This document shows positions 38,119 through 48,451 of a stretch of DNA of 64,000 bases, in pieces. Positions within the stretch are counted from its first letter, which is position 1, and every line of letters begins with the position of its first letter. The translations under genes and the position numbers were made by a program. Origin of the DNA: Alkalispirochaeta sp. (GTDB taxonomy: Bacteria; Spirochaetota; Spirochaetia; DSM-27196; Alkalispirochaetaceae). Location: the NCBI GenBank assembly GCA_965601925.1, contig OZ271854.1, forward strand, positions 3,776,001-3,840,000, in the 5' to 3' direction. The notes beneath the pieces are model-generated. The model was not told the DNA's origin and made no database searches. It saw only the letters and a program-made list of their open reading frames with translations.

Positions 38119-39831
38119 TTAATTATCCTGTTTTTCTTTCAGCATGTCCCCGAGAGTCACGGTCGAGTCGTCCTCGTCGTCGTGGATATACTTCTCCAAC
38201 TCCTGCCGTTGCTCTTGACGGTGCAACTCGCGAATTGAGAGCGACAGACGCTGTCGACCCGGGCTGACCTCGGTAACGACCGCCTTCACCTGGTCGCCGA
38301 CGTGATAGCGTTCGATCGCCTCTTCGAAGCTCTCCGAGCGCGGATCGGCGAGGTTCATCTTGTTGATCAACCCCTCGACGCCGCCCTGAACGCGAACGAA
38401 CACGCCGAAGTCGGTAATATTGGTGATCTCACCCTCGATGATGCTCCGCGGCGGATAGGCGTCCTTGAGCTGCTGCCACGGATCGTCGCCGAGTTGCTTA
38501 ATACCGACACGAATATTGCGGTTCTCCGGATCGCTTAGGATAACGACCACCTCTACCTCACCGCCCTCCTGAAGGACGGCACCGGGATTCTTGTAGCGCT
38601 TCGTCCAACTGAGGTCGTCGACGTGCAAAAAGGCGTCGATGCCCGGCTCGATCTCTACGAAGGCGCCGGTCGCGGTAAGCTTCTTTACCGACGTCTGCAG
38701 GTGCATACCGACCGGATAGCGCTCGTCGATGTTATCCCACGGATTGTCGAGGACCTGCTTGAGGCCCAAGGAGACGCGACCCGCTTGGATATCGTAGTCG
38801 AGAATCTTGGTCTCGACCTCCTGCCCCGGCTGCAGCACCTCTTTGGGGTGGCTGATTCGCTTTACCCAGGACATCTCGGAGATGTGGACCAGCCCCTCGA
38901 TACCCTCTTCAATCTCGATAAAGGCGCCGAAATCGGTGAGTTTGGTTACCGTACCTTTGACGACCTGATCGACGTAGTACTTATCTTCGAAGGTCTCCCA
39001 CGGATCGGTGGACATGTGGCGGAGGCTGAGGTTGATCTTCTTCTCCTCGGCGTCCATCTTAATGACCTTCAGGCGGATCGTTTCGCCCTTTTTGACGTAG
39101 TCCTTGGGACGGGTGACGTGTCCCCAACTCATATCGTTGATATGCAGGAGACCGTCGAAACCGCCGAGGTCGATGAACGCTCCGAAAGAGGTGAAGCTCT
39201 TCACGACTCCTTCGACCTCGTCGCCGATTTCGACCTCTTCGAAAAACTTGCCGCGGTTTTTTTCCGTTTCCTGCTCAAGCCATGCTCTGCGGGAAAGAAC
39301 GATGTTGACACGATTGTCGCTATAGATGCGCTCGATGAAGAAGTAGTCCTCAAGACCGACGTATTCATCGGGTTCTTCGACGCGTCGGAGATCTATTTTG
39401 GAGATCGGATTGAAACCGCGGACACTCCCGTGCAACCGTACCTCGAACCCGCCCTTGATCGCGCGCATCACTTTGCCTTTGACCGGCTGGCGCTCTTGGT
39501 AGGCGTCTTTTAGATCCTTCCAGAAGCGTTTTTCGTCCGCTTTTCTCTTCGAAACCGCAACGCCCCCATTGCGAATGTCTTTCCGCAGAAGCACCACTTC
39601 GACCGTGTCGCCGACCTCGGGCTCCGACTCGAACTCCGCCATTGGGATGCGACCTTCGGCCTTGTACCCGATATCGACAAAGACCTCGTCGCCGCTGATC
39701 TGTATGACCATGCCTTCGACGAGTTGCCCTTCTTCGAGTTCGTCCAGTTGATCAAGAAACTGCTTTTGCAGATCTTGAGACTGCGAGTCGTTCGAAGAAG
39801 AGTCGGCGAATTGCGCTTCCTTATCTGCCAT
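38119..39831 (-). CDS. rpsA: 30S ribosomal protein S1
   Basis: Six S1 repeats (FGAFIDLGGFDGLLH, FGAFIEIEEGIEGLVH). Confidence 0.96.
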   Translation of the reverse strand: MADKEAQFADSSSNDSQSQDLQKQFLDQLDELEEGQLVEGMVIQISGDEVFVDIGYKAEGRIPMAEFESEPEVGDTVEVVLLRKDIRNGGVAVSKRKADEKRFWKDLKDAYQERQPVKGKVMRAIKGGFEVRLHGSVRGFNPISKIDLRRVEEPDEYVGLEDYFFIERIYSDNRVNIVLSRRAWLEQETEKNRGKFFEEVEIGDEVEGVVKSFTSFGAFIDLGGFDGLLHINDMSWGHVTRPKDYVKKGETIRLKVIKMDAEEKKINLSLRHMSTDPWETFEDKYYVDQVVKGTVTKLTDFGAFIEIEEGIEGLVHISEMSWVKRISHPKEVLQPGQEVETKILDYDIQAGRVSLGLKQVLDNPWDNIDERYPVGMHLQTSVKKLTATGAFVEIEPGIDAFLHVDDLSWTKRYKNPGAVLQEGGEVEVVVILSDPENRNIRVGIKQLGDDPWQQLKDAYPPRSIIEGEITNITDFGVFVRVQGGVEGLINKMNLADPRSESFEEAIERYHVGDQVKAVVTEVSPGRQRLSLSIRELHRQEQRQELEKYIHDDEDDSTVTLGDMLKEKQDN

Positions 39832-39837
39832 AATCGA

Positions 39838-40494
39838 TTAGTTACTCCTGCCGTGCGTGATTTTTTCGTGGATAATGGCAACCACTTTCGCACAAACTTG
39901 GTCGATGGTCAAGTCTGTGGTGTCGATATAGAGTGCCTCTTTGCTCTGTTCCAAACGCCCCATCGGTTTGGTGCGGTCGATGCGGTCGCGTTCCTCTATC
40001 GCCTCTCGTATCGCCTCGATCTTACCCTGCCTGCCCAACTGTTCGAAGCGACGCTGAGCCCGGATGTGGGGGCTGGCGTCCAAAAAAACCTTTACCTCGG
40101 CGTCGGGGAAGACGACGGTACTCATGTCGCGTCCTTCCACGACGATGTCCCGTTTCCCCGCGATGCGTTTGATTCGCCGGTTGACCTGAATGCGCACCTC
40201 GGGAATCGAGGAGACTTCGGCCACGGCGTCGTCAATGTCTACGGTGTGCAGCTCACCGGTACGTTCTACACCGTCGACGAGGAAGCGGTCGTCGGCAATG
40301 TCGATATCGATGCGCGCGGCGATTGCAATGAGTGCGTCCCTGTCGTCTTGTGTCGCTCGTTGTCGGAGCGCCTTCCACGTGATCGCCCGATAGAATCGTC
40401 CCGAGTTGAGATAAAAGAAATCGGTCTTTTCCGCCACCAAACGGCTAACCGTACTTTTCCCGGTGCCGGCGGGGCCGTCTATCGCAACTACCAT
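39838..40494 (-). CDS. cmk: Cytidylate kinase
   Basis: AIDGPAGTGKST, VEGRD..TVVFPDA, RAQRR, ERDRID. Confidence 0.95.
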   Translation of the reverse strand: MVVAIDGPAGTGKSTVSRLVAEKTDFFYLNSGRFYRAITWKALRQRATQDDRDALIAIAARIDIDIADDRFLVDGVERTGELHTVDIDDAVAEVSSIPEVRIQVNRRIKRIAGKRDIVVEGRDMSTVVFPDAEVKVFLDASPHIRAQRRFEQLGRQGKIEAIREAIEERDRIDRTKPMGRLEQSKEALYIDTTDLTIDQVCAKVVAIIHEKITHGRSN

Positions 40495-41312
40495 CGACGC
40501 CCGGTGCTCCTTTTGCGGTTCTTTGCTCGATCTTCCGCGCGGTGTGTGTTCGCTCTATCGCGGTATCGCGAGCCTCTAAGGGCCGCCGAGGAGAGACGGC
40601 GCATCTCCTCTCGCGTGAGGGGGCGGGCTTGACCCTCGGGCAAGTGACCGAGAGCGACGGGGCCGTACCGGTTGCGATAGATGCGCCCGATACGCAGGCC
40701 GAAATGGGCGAACACCCGGCGTATCTCGCGATTCTTGCCCTCTGCAAGCACCACGGAGACGCGGCGCGCCGAATGTCGCCGGTAGCGCACCATGCGGTAA
40801 TGGACGCCTTCTACGCGCACACCCCTCCGGAACTGGTCGAGCGCGTCGTCCGAAATCGGCTGATTTGCTTCGACAACGTATTCCCGTTCCAGCCCGGACG
40901 CCGGTCGCATGAGCCGTTGCGCCAACTCGCCGTCGTTGGTAAAGAGCAGAAGACCCGAAGAGAGAAAATCGAGGCGTCCGACCGAGAACAGGCGCCCCGA
41001 ATAGAGCGGCCTCACGATATCTATGGCCAGAGGTCGACCCTGGGGGTCGGCGTCGCTCACGAGGACTCGCGACGGCTTGTTGAGTGCGAATACGACCGTG
41101 GTACGCGCAGGCCGAATCGGCTTACCGTCGAGGTGCACCGTTTGTCCCTCATGCACGCGTGCGGCGAGATCGGTCACCGTCTCGCCGTCGATTTGCACGC
41201 GTCGCTGACGTACGAGCTCCTCGACTTGTCGCCGCGATCCCTTGCCGGCCTGGGAAAGAAACCGATTGATCCTCATTCCTTGGGGACCGTCGGGGTTGTT
41301 CGTATCATCCAT
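40488..41312 (-). CDS. rluB: RsuA/RluB-family pseudouridine synthase
   Basis: S4 domain, LNKP, VGRLD, EGKNREIRR; scpAB-rluB-cmk order. Confidence 0.88.
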   Translation of the reverse strand: MDDTNNPDGPQGMRINRFLSQAGKGSRRQVEELVRQRRVQIDGETVTDLAARVHEGQTVHLDGKPIRPARTTVVFALNKPSRVLVSDADPQGRPLAIDIVRPLYSGRLFSVGRLDFLSSGLLLFTNDGELAQRLMRPASGLEREYVVEANQPISDDALDQFRRGVRVEGVHYRMVRYRRHSARRVSVVLAEGKNREIRRVFAHFGLRIGRIYRNRYGPVALGHLPEGQARPLTREEMRRLSSAALRGSRYRDRANTHRAEDRAKNRKRSTGRRW

Positions 41313-41838
41313 TGAGACTAAACCGTTCCCGCTCGACCTCGTCGAGCTTTGGGAGGTCGGCGATGCTTTCCAGGCGGAAATGCTGGAGAAACTCGCGCGT
41401 GGTACCGTACTGCGCCGGTCTACCCGGCGCGTCTTTGCGGCCGACCTCTTTGATAAGTTTGCGATCCAACAACTGGCGAATCATATTGTCCGCCGCGACA
41501 CCCCGGAGACTCTCGATTTCTCCGCGGGTGATCGGTTGCGAATAGGCGATGATGGACAGTGTCTCCATCGCCGCCCGCGACAGGCGACTATCGCGCTTTT
41601 TGCCGAAACGATCGCGTAATCGCGGCCACAACGACCGCTTCGGGTTCAATTGAACCGCGCCGCCGACCGTAATGAGCTCCAACCCGCGCGCCGTCGACTC
41701 GAGATCGCGGCGAAGCTCCGCCACGATCTCCTCGACTTGATCGCGGGCGAGGCCGCTGATCTTCGCGAGCGTTTTGATTTCCATCGGCTCGGACTCGAGG
41801 AATAGAATCGCCTCTATGACGGCCTTTTCTTCGTCCAT
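41305..41838 (-). CDS. scpB: Condensin subunit ScpB
   Basis: IEAILF, LSRAAMETLSIIAYSQPITRGEIESLRG, PGRP..YGTT; start 41838 or GTG 41844. Confidence 0.94.
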   Translation of the reverse strand: MDEEKAVIEAILFLESEPMEIKTLAKISGLARDQVEEIVAELRRDLESTARGLELITVGGAVQLNPKRSLWPRLRDRFGKKRDSRLSRAAMETLSIIAYSQPITRGEIESLRGVAADNMIRQLLDRKLIKEVGRKDAPGRPAQYGTTREFLQHFRLESIADLPKLDEVERERFSLNG

Positions 41839-41845
41839 CTCCACC

Positions 41846-42607
41846 CTACACCTCTTCCTCGTATTGGAAGTTAAGGTCCTTGGTACCAGGCGAAATCCTG
41901 ATATCCCCAAACATCCTGTTTTGCAGAATCCGAATCGAGCGTTGCCGAGCAGATTCCAAAATCGCGATGAATGCGCATACAAACTCCATGACCGACTCGC
42001 GATTCTTTATAAGGTCGGTAAAACGAAACTCACGTTTCGTCTCGAGAAGCTCATCGATCAGAGTCAGCTTTTCGTTGACCGTGACCTCCTCGTACAAACT
42101 CACGAGGCGATCGGTGCTCAAGTTGCTCATCAGTTGCGAGAAGGTCTTTAGAAGCTCCCACACGTCGATCTGTTCCCACAACTCCTCGCCGTCGTCGAAG
42201 GGAAGGACCGATTGCGAGGAGCGACGTTCGAGCGTGTATTCGAGCTCGTCCTCACGCTCGTTCATCAGATCGCTGAGCTTACGATATCGCTGGTACTCGA
42301 TGAGCTTTTCTACGAGTTCCTGCCGGGGATCGTCGAACTCCTCGTCGCCGCCGTCGTCGGGAACCGGGAGGAGCATGCGCGATTTGATGTGCAGCAGAGT
42401 CGCCGCCATGAGATAAAAGTCGGTGATTGTGTCCAAATCGATCTTCGTGGCGTACTGCAAAAACTCCAAATACTGCTCAGTGATACGTGCAATGGGAATA
42501 TCGTAAATATTGACTTCGTTCTTTCTGATAAGAAAGATCAAAAGGTCGAGCGGTCCCTCAAATTGGTCGAGCTGAAATGTGTGATTATCGCTCCGGCCAC
42601 GTTCCAT
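41846..42607 (-). CDS. scpA: Condensin kleisin subunit ScpA
   Basis: FEGPLDLL, AATLLHIKSRMLLP, FIAILE. Confidence 0.95.
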   Translation of the reverse strand: MERGRSDNHTFQLDQFEGPLDLLIFLIRKNEVNIYDIPIARITEQYLEFLQYATKIDLDTITDFYLMAATLLHIKSRMLLPVPDDGGDEEFDDPRQELVEKLIEYQRYRKLSDLMNEREDELEYTLERRSSQSVLPFDDGEELWEQIDVWELLKTFSQLMSNLSTDRLVSLYEEVTVNEKLTLIDELLETKREFRFTDLIKNRESVMEFVCAFIAILESARQRSIRILQNRMFGDIRISPGTKDLNFQYEEEV

Positions 42608-42616
42608 GTGCCGGAG

Positions 42617-42646
42617 AGTATAGGGTCCACCGGAATCGCGGGTCTA
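42617..42646 (-). promoter_or_regulatory. Putative sigma70 promoter of the scpA operon
   Basis: TAGACC-18-TATACT, ending 9 nt before the scpA ATG. Confidence 0.5.
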
Positions 42647-42791
42647 TACCTCCCGGTACGGTCTTGAAGTGTTCATTTGCGACGAATGTTGCGAACCGTA
42701 GCCGCGCTACCGTCTAACTCGCTCGTCCATCCGAGACGCTCTCCATATTGATGAGCTTCATCCACTTCACACGGCGGATTGCCCGGTATAG

Positions 42792-43928
42792 TTAGAAGAG
42801 CTCCTCGTCGGACTCGTTTTTTTTGCCTGCGCCCTTTTTGGCGCCGCTCCCGCCTTGCTTCTCGCCCGGCTCCTTTGTCGTGTCGGCCTTCTCGCTTTTT
42901 TCCGCACTCTTTTCTGCGGAGGGGAACATTTTTGCCCGCAACTTCTCTTCCAACGTCTTGCCGATTTCAGGATTGTCGTCGAGAAACTGTTTGACGTTTT
43001 CGCGCCCCTGTCCGATGCGCTCCTCTCCGTAGGAGTACCACGACCCCGATTTTTGTACCAGATCGTACTTGAGCGCCGCATCCAAGAGGCTCGCCGTGGA
43101 GGAAATCCCCTTTCCGAATATGATCTCCAACTCCACCTTGCGAAAGGGCGGCGCCACCTTGTTTTTGACAACCTTCACGCGTACGCGGTTACCGATCGCC
43201 TCCTCGGAACTCTTACTGATCGTCTCGATGCGACGTACCTCCAAGCGGACGGACGCGTAAAACTTCAACGCGTTACCACCGGTAGTCGTCTCAGGATTGC
43301 CGAACATGACGCCGATCTTCATCCGGATCTGGTTAATAAATACCAGGACGGTCGAAGACTTGGAAATGATCCCGGTCAACTTGCGGAGCGCTTGACTCAT
43401 GAGACGCGCCTGCAGACCGACGTGGCTGTCGCCCATATCGCCCTCGATTTCCGCCTGGGGCGTGAGGGCCGCCACTGAGTCGACGACGATGATGTCGACC
43501 GCTTTGCTGCGCACAAGCGCCTCGGCGATCTCGAGGGCCTGTTCGCCGTTGTCCGGCTGCGAGACCCATAACGCGTCGGTGTCGACGCCGAGGTTGCGCG
43601 CGTATACCGGATCGAGAGCGTGCTCCGCGTCGATAAACGCCGCAACACCGCCGGCCTTTTGCGCCTCTGCGATTGCGTGGAGGGCCAACGTCGTCTTGCC
43701 CGAGGATTCGGGGCCGTAGATTTCGATGATGCGACCCTTGGGATATCCGCCGAGGCCCAACGCCTCGTCGAGGATGATGGAGCCGGAGTTGATCGTCTCA
43801 ATGCCGGTCGTGTCGCGATTGTCTCCCAGCTTCATGATCGAGCCCTTGCCGAACTGTTTTTCGATCTGAAGCCGGGCCGCCTCGATCGCTTTGGTTTTAT
43901 CGGTTTCGGTCGCTGAATTCGACGCCAT
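42792..43928 (-). CDS. recA: Recombinase A
   Basis: [49 protein letters not shown]. Confidence 0.99.
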   Translation of the reverse strand: MASNSATETDKTKAIEAARLQIEKQFGKGSIMKLGDNRDTTGIETINSGSIILDEALGLGGYPKGRIIEIYGPESSGKTTLALHAIAEAQKAGGVAAFIDAEHALDPVYARNLGVDTDALWVSQPDNGEQALEIAEALVRSKAVDIIVVDSVAALTPQAEIEGDMGDSHVGLQARLMSQALRKLTGIISKSSTVLVFINQIRMKIGVMFGNPETTTGGNALKFYASVRLEVRRIETISKSSEEAIGNRVRVKVVKNKVAPPFRKVELEIIFGKGISSTASLLDAALKYDLVQKSGSWYSYGEERIGQGRENVKQFLDDNPEIGKTLEEKLRAKMFPSAEKSAEKSEKADTTKEPGEKQGGSGAKKGAGKKNESDEELF

Positions 43929-43966
43929 TTCGCTTCCGCCTTTCAGTTGTAGACACTATTCAGGGG

Positions 43967-43996
43967 ATTATAGCGCTTTTAATGGGGCGATGGAAA
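43967..43996 (-). promoter_or_regulatory. Putative sigma70 promoter of recA
   Basis: TTTCCA-18-TATAAT on the minus strand. Confidence 0.55.
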
Positions 43997-44035
43997 CAGA
44001 AATACCGATCGTCGCCGGGAATGCCCGACGACATT

Positions 44036-44065
44036 TTGACCCGCGCACGACAAACGTAGTATACC
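44036..44065 (+). promoter_or_regulatory. Putative sigma70 promoter of prs
   Basis: TTGACC-18-TATACC, 7 nt before ATG. Confidence 0.55.
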
Positions 44066-44072
44066 TGTTGCC

Positions 44073-45176
44073 ATGCGCGGCGAGCTGGTAATCTTTGCGA
44101 CCAGGAGCATGGAGGAGTACGCGGAACGAGTCGCGTACGAAATGCAGACGTTTCCGGACTTCTACGGAAAGGGCTATAGCAAGAACATTCGTGGTGAACT
44201 GAAAACGGTCACCTTTGCCGACGGCGAGATCGAGGTCGAAGTGCATACTTCGATTCGCGGGAAGGATGTCTTTCTCTTTGCCTCCGCCGGTCGTAACGCT
44301 TACGGGTTGTCGGTCGAGCAGAACAAACTGGAACTCTACCACGCAATTGACGCGATCCGCCGCTCCCAGCCGGCGCGTATCACGCTGTTCGAGCCGTTTT
44401 GTACCAGCTCCCGCTCCGATCGTACCACGCGGCGTAACAGCGTCGGATTCTGGATCCACTACAAGACGCTCACGAGTCTCGGCGTCGACCACATCATCAC
44501 GTACCAATTGCACTCCGACAAATCGAAGACCGTCGTAGATCCCAGGGTGTGCGCGATCGACGACGTCCCGGCCAGTCCGCTCATCAAGGAGTACATTACC
44601 GACAGTTTCATTCGCAAACCCGACGTACTCAATTCGACGGTGCGCGAGGATTGGCTCTTTTGCTCGGTGGACGCGGGGGGCGAGAACGCCGCGCGCAAGT
44701 ACGCCCGCGCCTTCGGGACCAAGTTGATGATCGCCCACAAGCAGCGCAACTACGACAAAACCAATACGGTAGAGTCGATCAACATCCTGACCGACACCGA
44801 AATTGCAGGGAAAGAGGTATGGATCGTCGACGACATGATCGATACCGGCGGCAGTGTCTACACGCTGGTCAAGGAGCTCAAACGCCGCGGAGTCGAGACG
44901 ATCAACATCGCGGTCATCCATCCCGTCTTTTCGGACCCGGCGACCGAACGCCTTCGTGAGCTCCACGATTCGGGCGCGCTCGACCGTCTTATCGTCACCG
45001 ACACGCTCGAGGTCGCGGACGAGCTTCACCGCGCCCTTCCCTTCCTGCACGTCGTCTCGTCGGCTCGCCTGAGCGCCGAAATCATCATGCGGATGCACGA
45101 GGAGCAGTCTCTATCGCCCTTCTTCGACGACTTCGATCCGCGACATTACTTATCGAATTTGAAGTTGTTTCTGTGA
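44073..45176 (+). CDS. prs: Ribose-phosphate pyrophosphokinase (divergent)
   Basis: FADGE, SIRGKDVF, SRSDR, LH, DAGG, VDDMIDTGGS, VTDT. Confidence 0.9.
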   Translation: MRGELVIFATRSMEEYAERVAYEMQTFPDFYGKGYSKNIRGELKTVTFADGEIEVEVHTSIRGKDVFLFASAGRNAYGLSVEQNKLELYHAIDAIRRSQPARITLFEPFCTSSRSDRTTRRNSVGFWIHYKTLTSLGVDHIITYQLHSDKSKTVVDPRVCAIDDVPASPLIKEYITDSFIRKPDVLNSTVREDWLFCSVDAGGENAARKYARAFGTKLMIAHKQRNYDKTNTVESINILTDTEIAGKEVWIVDDMIDTGGSVYTLVKELKRRGVETINIAVIHPVFSDPATERLRELHDSGALDRLIVTDTLEVADELHRALPFLHVVSSARLSAEIIMRMHEEQSLSPFFDDFDPRHYLSNLKLFL

Positions 45177-45270
45177 GTAATCTTCGTGCCATGCGGGGGC
45201 CTATGCGGCCCGAGAGTCGTCCGGGAGCTCTCGAGTCGTAGGCGGCGTGTCGAGTGCGGGGAACGCCGGT

Positions 45271-45714
45271 TTACCGGTCGTGGCTGTCGATCCAGAACGT
45301 AGCGGGGCCGCGGTTGATGCTTTCCACGTCCATTACGGCACCGAAACGGCCCGTCTGAACGGGCACCGACTCTTCCAGCCGACGCCGCAGCGCCTCGTAA
45401 CGGCGGCGCGCCGGATCGGGAGGAGCCGCCCGGTCGAATCCCGGCCTTCTCCCCTTGCGGGTGTCGGCGTAGAGGGTAAACTGCGATACGAGCAGGATGC
45501 TTCCCGAGACGTCGACGACCGACCGATTCATGCGCCCCGTCTCATCCTCGAAAATGCGCAAGGTCGGTATTTTTGCCGCAAGGTAGTCGAGGTCGCGATC
45601 CGTATCGCGGTGAGTTACGCCCAGGAGTACCAGTAGTCCCGTTCCGATCGAGCCGACCGTCTCGTCGCCGACGCGAACGTGAGCGCGAGCGACCCGCTGT
45701 ACCAACGCCCTCAT
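45271..45714 (-). CDS. dtd: D-aminoacyl-tRNA deacylase
   Basis: MRALVQRV, LRIFED..GRMN, VSQFTL, KGRRP, GRFGA, GP motif; start moved to 45714. Confidence 0.95.
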   Translation of the reverse strand: MRALVQRVARAHVRVGDETVGSIGTGLLVLLGVTHRDTDRDLDYLAAKIPTLRIFEDETGRMNRSVVDVSGSILLVSQFTLYADTRKGRRPGFDRAAPPDPARRRYEALRRRLEESVPVQTGRFGAVMDVESINRGPATFWIDSHDR

Positions 45715-45718
45715 CCCG

Positions 45719-46837
45719 TTATATCTCCGCCGGCGAGAGCACCCGAATCGAGGTGATTTCCAGCGCAATCGCCTCCTCGGCACGGGCGTGTACCCGCCCT
45801 ATCAACTCTATCGGCTGGTCGTTTTCCAGGAGCACTGCGAATCGCAGTTGTGCGGGTACGATTCCTTCGAGCACCTGTCTCGTCTCGTACCCAACCAGGA
45901 AGTCGAACAGAATCGCCTCCTCGCCGATAGCGATGTTCGCGATACGGCCCCGCCATCGGACGAATACACCGTCGTAGAGCGCCGGATCGGAGATGACCTC
46001 GTCGTGGGAGAAATTGTCGGAAAAATCGGTGAAGTCCGGTACGGTGAGGTACGCGTCGAGGGCCGCGGCACGGTCTTTTATGAGCGGCGCCGCGTTGGAC
46101 AGGGCAACCCGATTGAGCTCGCGACGCACCACATTGTCGCGCCCGTCGTTGAAATAATCGCCGATTTGCTCCAGGATACGTTCCGCCTCACGGTCGGACC
46201 ATACGAAGCGCACCTCATCGGGAGCGTCGGCCGCGACGAGGGGCAGCGACACATCGTCGGTCGCGAGCAGTTGCGACCCTTCGCGCGGCTCGGGATTGAA
46301 ACGCGTCTCGGCGTAGCGGAGTACGATCGGGTACACAAAAAAGATCGCCGCGCCCGCCACGACAATGCCCGCCGAGACGACCGTCCACGTCGGTACATAC
46401 CAGCCCAAAGGCGGGAGAATGCGTATGAATCGACGATTCTCGAACCAATCCAACGCATCCTCCGGATCTTCCAGACTGCGGAGCCACTGGAGCGCCCGCT
46501 TCGCGCGACGGTTCCGGTGGTCGATATCGAGAATGTCCAGATACGTGCGGATCGCCATGTCGGTTTGTCTCCGTCTCAGGAGAACCGTCGCGAGGCCGAG
46601 CATCGCTTCTGTGCGCTGGTCGATATCGAGGGCGCGTCGAAGATACGAGAATGAGCCGGCGTAGTCTCCGGTGTGGAGGCAACTCATTCCCAGGACGTAG
46701 TAATACTCGTAACTCTCGCGAAACATGAAGACTTGCGGTTCGAGATAGTTGATGACCTGGGTGAACTTGCGCGTACGAAAAAAACGGCGCGCCTTCCTCA
46801 ATCCCCGTTCGGCACTGCGTTTCACCACCCCTCCCAC
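45719..46837 (-). CDS. TPR + TM + C-terminal OB-fold-like hypothetical protein
   Basis: N-terminal TPRs, central TM, beta-rich C-terminus (VRWRGRIAN). Confidence 0.75.
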   Translation of the reverse strand: MGGVVKRSAERGLRKARRFFRTRKFTQVINYLEPQVFMFRESYEYYYVLGMSCLHTGDYAGSFSYLRRALDIDQRTEAMLGLATVLLRRRQTDMAIRTYLDILDIDHRNRRAKRALQWLRSLEDPEDALDWFENRRFIRILPPLGWYVPTWTVVSAGIVVAGAAIFFVYPIVLRYAETRFNPEPREGSQLLATDDVSLPLVAADAPDEVRFVWSDREAERILEQIGDYFNDGRDNVVRRELNRVALSNAAPLIKDRAAALDAYLTVPDFTDFSDNFSHDEVISDPALYDGVFVRWRGRIANIAIGEEAILFDFLVGYETRQVLEGIVPAQLRFAVLLENDQPIELIGRVHARAEEAIALEITSIRVLSPAEI

Positions 46838-46853
46838 GGTGCGTCTTCGAGCG

Positions 46854-47717
46854 CTACTGACCGCTCACTGCGCCGCTATTCTCTCCGGTAGTGGTCTCGT
46901 TCCGCAAGCTGGTGAGCTGCTCCTCTAACCGGCGTATCTGGGCGTCGCGGCTGCGCACCGTCTCCTGAAGCGAACGCATTTGCGTCGTCAACCGGATGAT
47001 CTCCTCGCGAACGTCCTCGCTTGCCGCGTTTTGCAGCCGCTCCTGGTACGAAACGATCGCCTCCTGATAGGAGCGCTCGCGGCGCTGGAACTCATCCAAC
47101 GCCTGGAGATACTCCTCGTGACTCCACTGGAGGAGTTGCAGGAGCTCCTGTTCGCGGAATGTAAGATCGATCACCGCGATTCGGTAGCGCGCGGCCTCGA
47201 CCCGGAAGCTCGTCGTGTAGTACCTGATTACCGTGTCGAACAGGCGGCGCGCCTCGTCGAGCCGTCCGAGATTGAAGAGTGATTCCGCACTCCAATAGAT
47301 CGCATTGGCGACGAAGGGAGACGTGGGATGACCGGATACGAACCCATTGAGCGCCTGGATCGCCCCCTCGTAGTCCTCCTGCATAAACAGCAGACGTCCG
47401 CGCTGGTATTGCGCCTCGACGAAAAACTCGTGATCAGGAAACGTCTGTAAATAGAACTCGAGGTTTCGCTCCGCCTCCGAGAGGCGCCCGTTCGCCATCG
47501 CCGACTTTGCGAGCCAGAAGTACGCCGTCGCCTCGGTCTCCTCATCGGGATCCTCTAAAAGGATCTCGCGGAAACGCAGAATCGCGGAACCGAAATCGCT
47601 GCGGCGAAAGGCGTCGATACCCTCCTGGAGGATCTGCTCGTCTGCGTGAAGCGGCACGGCAACGCCGAGAACCACCAGCGCTACGAGAACTTTCGCCGGA
47701 TATGCTCTTTTTTTCAT
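46854..47717 (-). CDS. Exported TPR/coiled-coil protein (CpoB/BamD-like)
   Basis: Signal peptide, TPRs (AYFWLAKS, NAIYWSAESLF), C-terminal coiled coil. Confidence 0.78.
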   Translation of the reverse strand: MKKRAYPAKVLVALVVLGVAVPLHADEQILQEGIDAFRRSDFGSAILRFREILLEDPDEETEATAYFWLAKSAMANGRLSEAERNLEFYLQTFPDHEFFVEAQYQRGRLLFMQEDYEGAIQALNGFVSGHPTSPFVANAIYWSAESLFNLGRLDEARRLFDTVIRYYTTSFRVEAARYRIAVIDLTFREQELLQLLQWSHEEYLQALDEFQRRERSYQEAIVSYQERLQNAASEDVREEIIRLTTQMRSLQETVRSRDAQIRRLEEQLTSLRNETTTGENSGAVSGQ

Positions 47718-47771
47718 CGATAGTCTCCCGTCTTGATTGTCGGTCTCGAAGGTGGCGAGGTTGAGCCCTCC

Positions 47772-48443
47772 TTAGGCATTCACGGGCCCGGCTCCCTTGA
47801 GAGTCGACAGGTACGCACGCGGATCGGGTGAATCGAAAAAGGCCGAACCGGAGATAAGCACATTCGCCCCGGCGGCGCGGGCGCGCGGCGCAGTATCGGC
47901 GTTTATCCCGCCGTCGACGGAGATGAGAAAGCTTGCACCCCGATCGCGTCGCCACGCTGCAAACCGCTCGACTTTCTCGAGGGTCGAGGGGATAAGGCGT
48001 TGACCGCCGAACCCGGGATTAACCGTCATGACGAGCACCAGATCCACATCGCCCAGAAGCTCCTCGATCATCATCGTCGGAGTAGACGGGACGATCGCGA
48101 TACCGACCCGGGCGCCCGCGGAACGAATCCGTTGCACGAGGCGGTGGGCGTGTACGGTCGCCTCGATATGAAAGGTAAGAATGTCGGCTCCGGCATCGAC
48201 GAACTCAGCGACGTATCGCTCCGGCTCTTCGATCATCAGATGAACGTCGAGAGTCAGATCGGTCCGCGCCTTGATATCCCGTACCATTTTCGGACCGAAG
48301 GAGATGTTGGGGACGAAGCGGCCGTCCATGACATCGAGGTGAATCCAATCGGCCTGGGCCGTTTCGATGCGCTGAAGGCCCGATGCGATATCGGCGAAAT
48401 CGGCGGCCAGGATCGACGGCGCCGCGATGGTCGAAGCGTTCAT
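47772..48443 (-). CDS. rpe: Ribulose-phosphate 3-epimerase
   Basis: APSILAADF, HLDVMDGRFVPN, DVHLM, MTVNPGFGGQ, VDGGIN. Confidence 0.97.
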   Translation of the reverse strand: MNASTIAAPSILAADFADIASGLQRIETAQADWIHLDVMDGRFVPNISFGPKMVRDIKARTDLTLDVHLMIEEPERYVAEFVDAGADILTFHIEATVHAHRLVQRIRSAGARVGIAIVPSTPTMMIEELLGDVDLVLVMTVNPGFGGQRLIPSTLEKVERFAAWRRDRGASFLISVDGGINADTAPRARAAGANVLISGSAFFDSPDPRAYLSTLKGAGPVNA

Positions 48444-48451
48444 GGTGCGCC

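Noticed and set aside
43930..44035. LexA/SOS box upstream of recA
   Set aside because: No CTGT-N8-ACAG or GAAC-N4-GTTC match seen; only a GC-rich imperfect inverted repeat near 44011-44032
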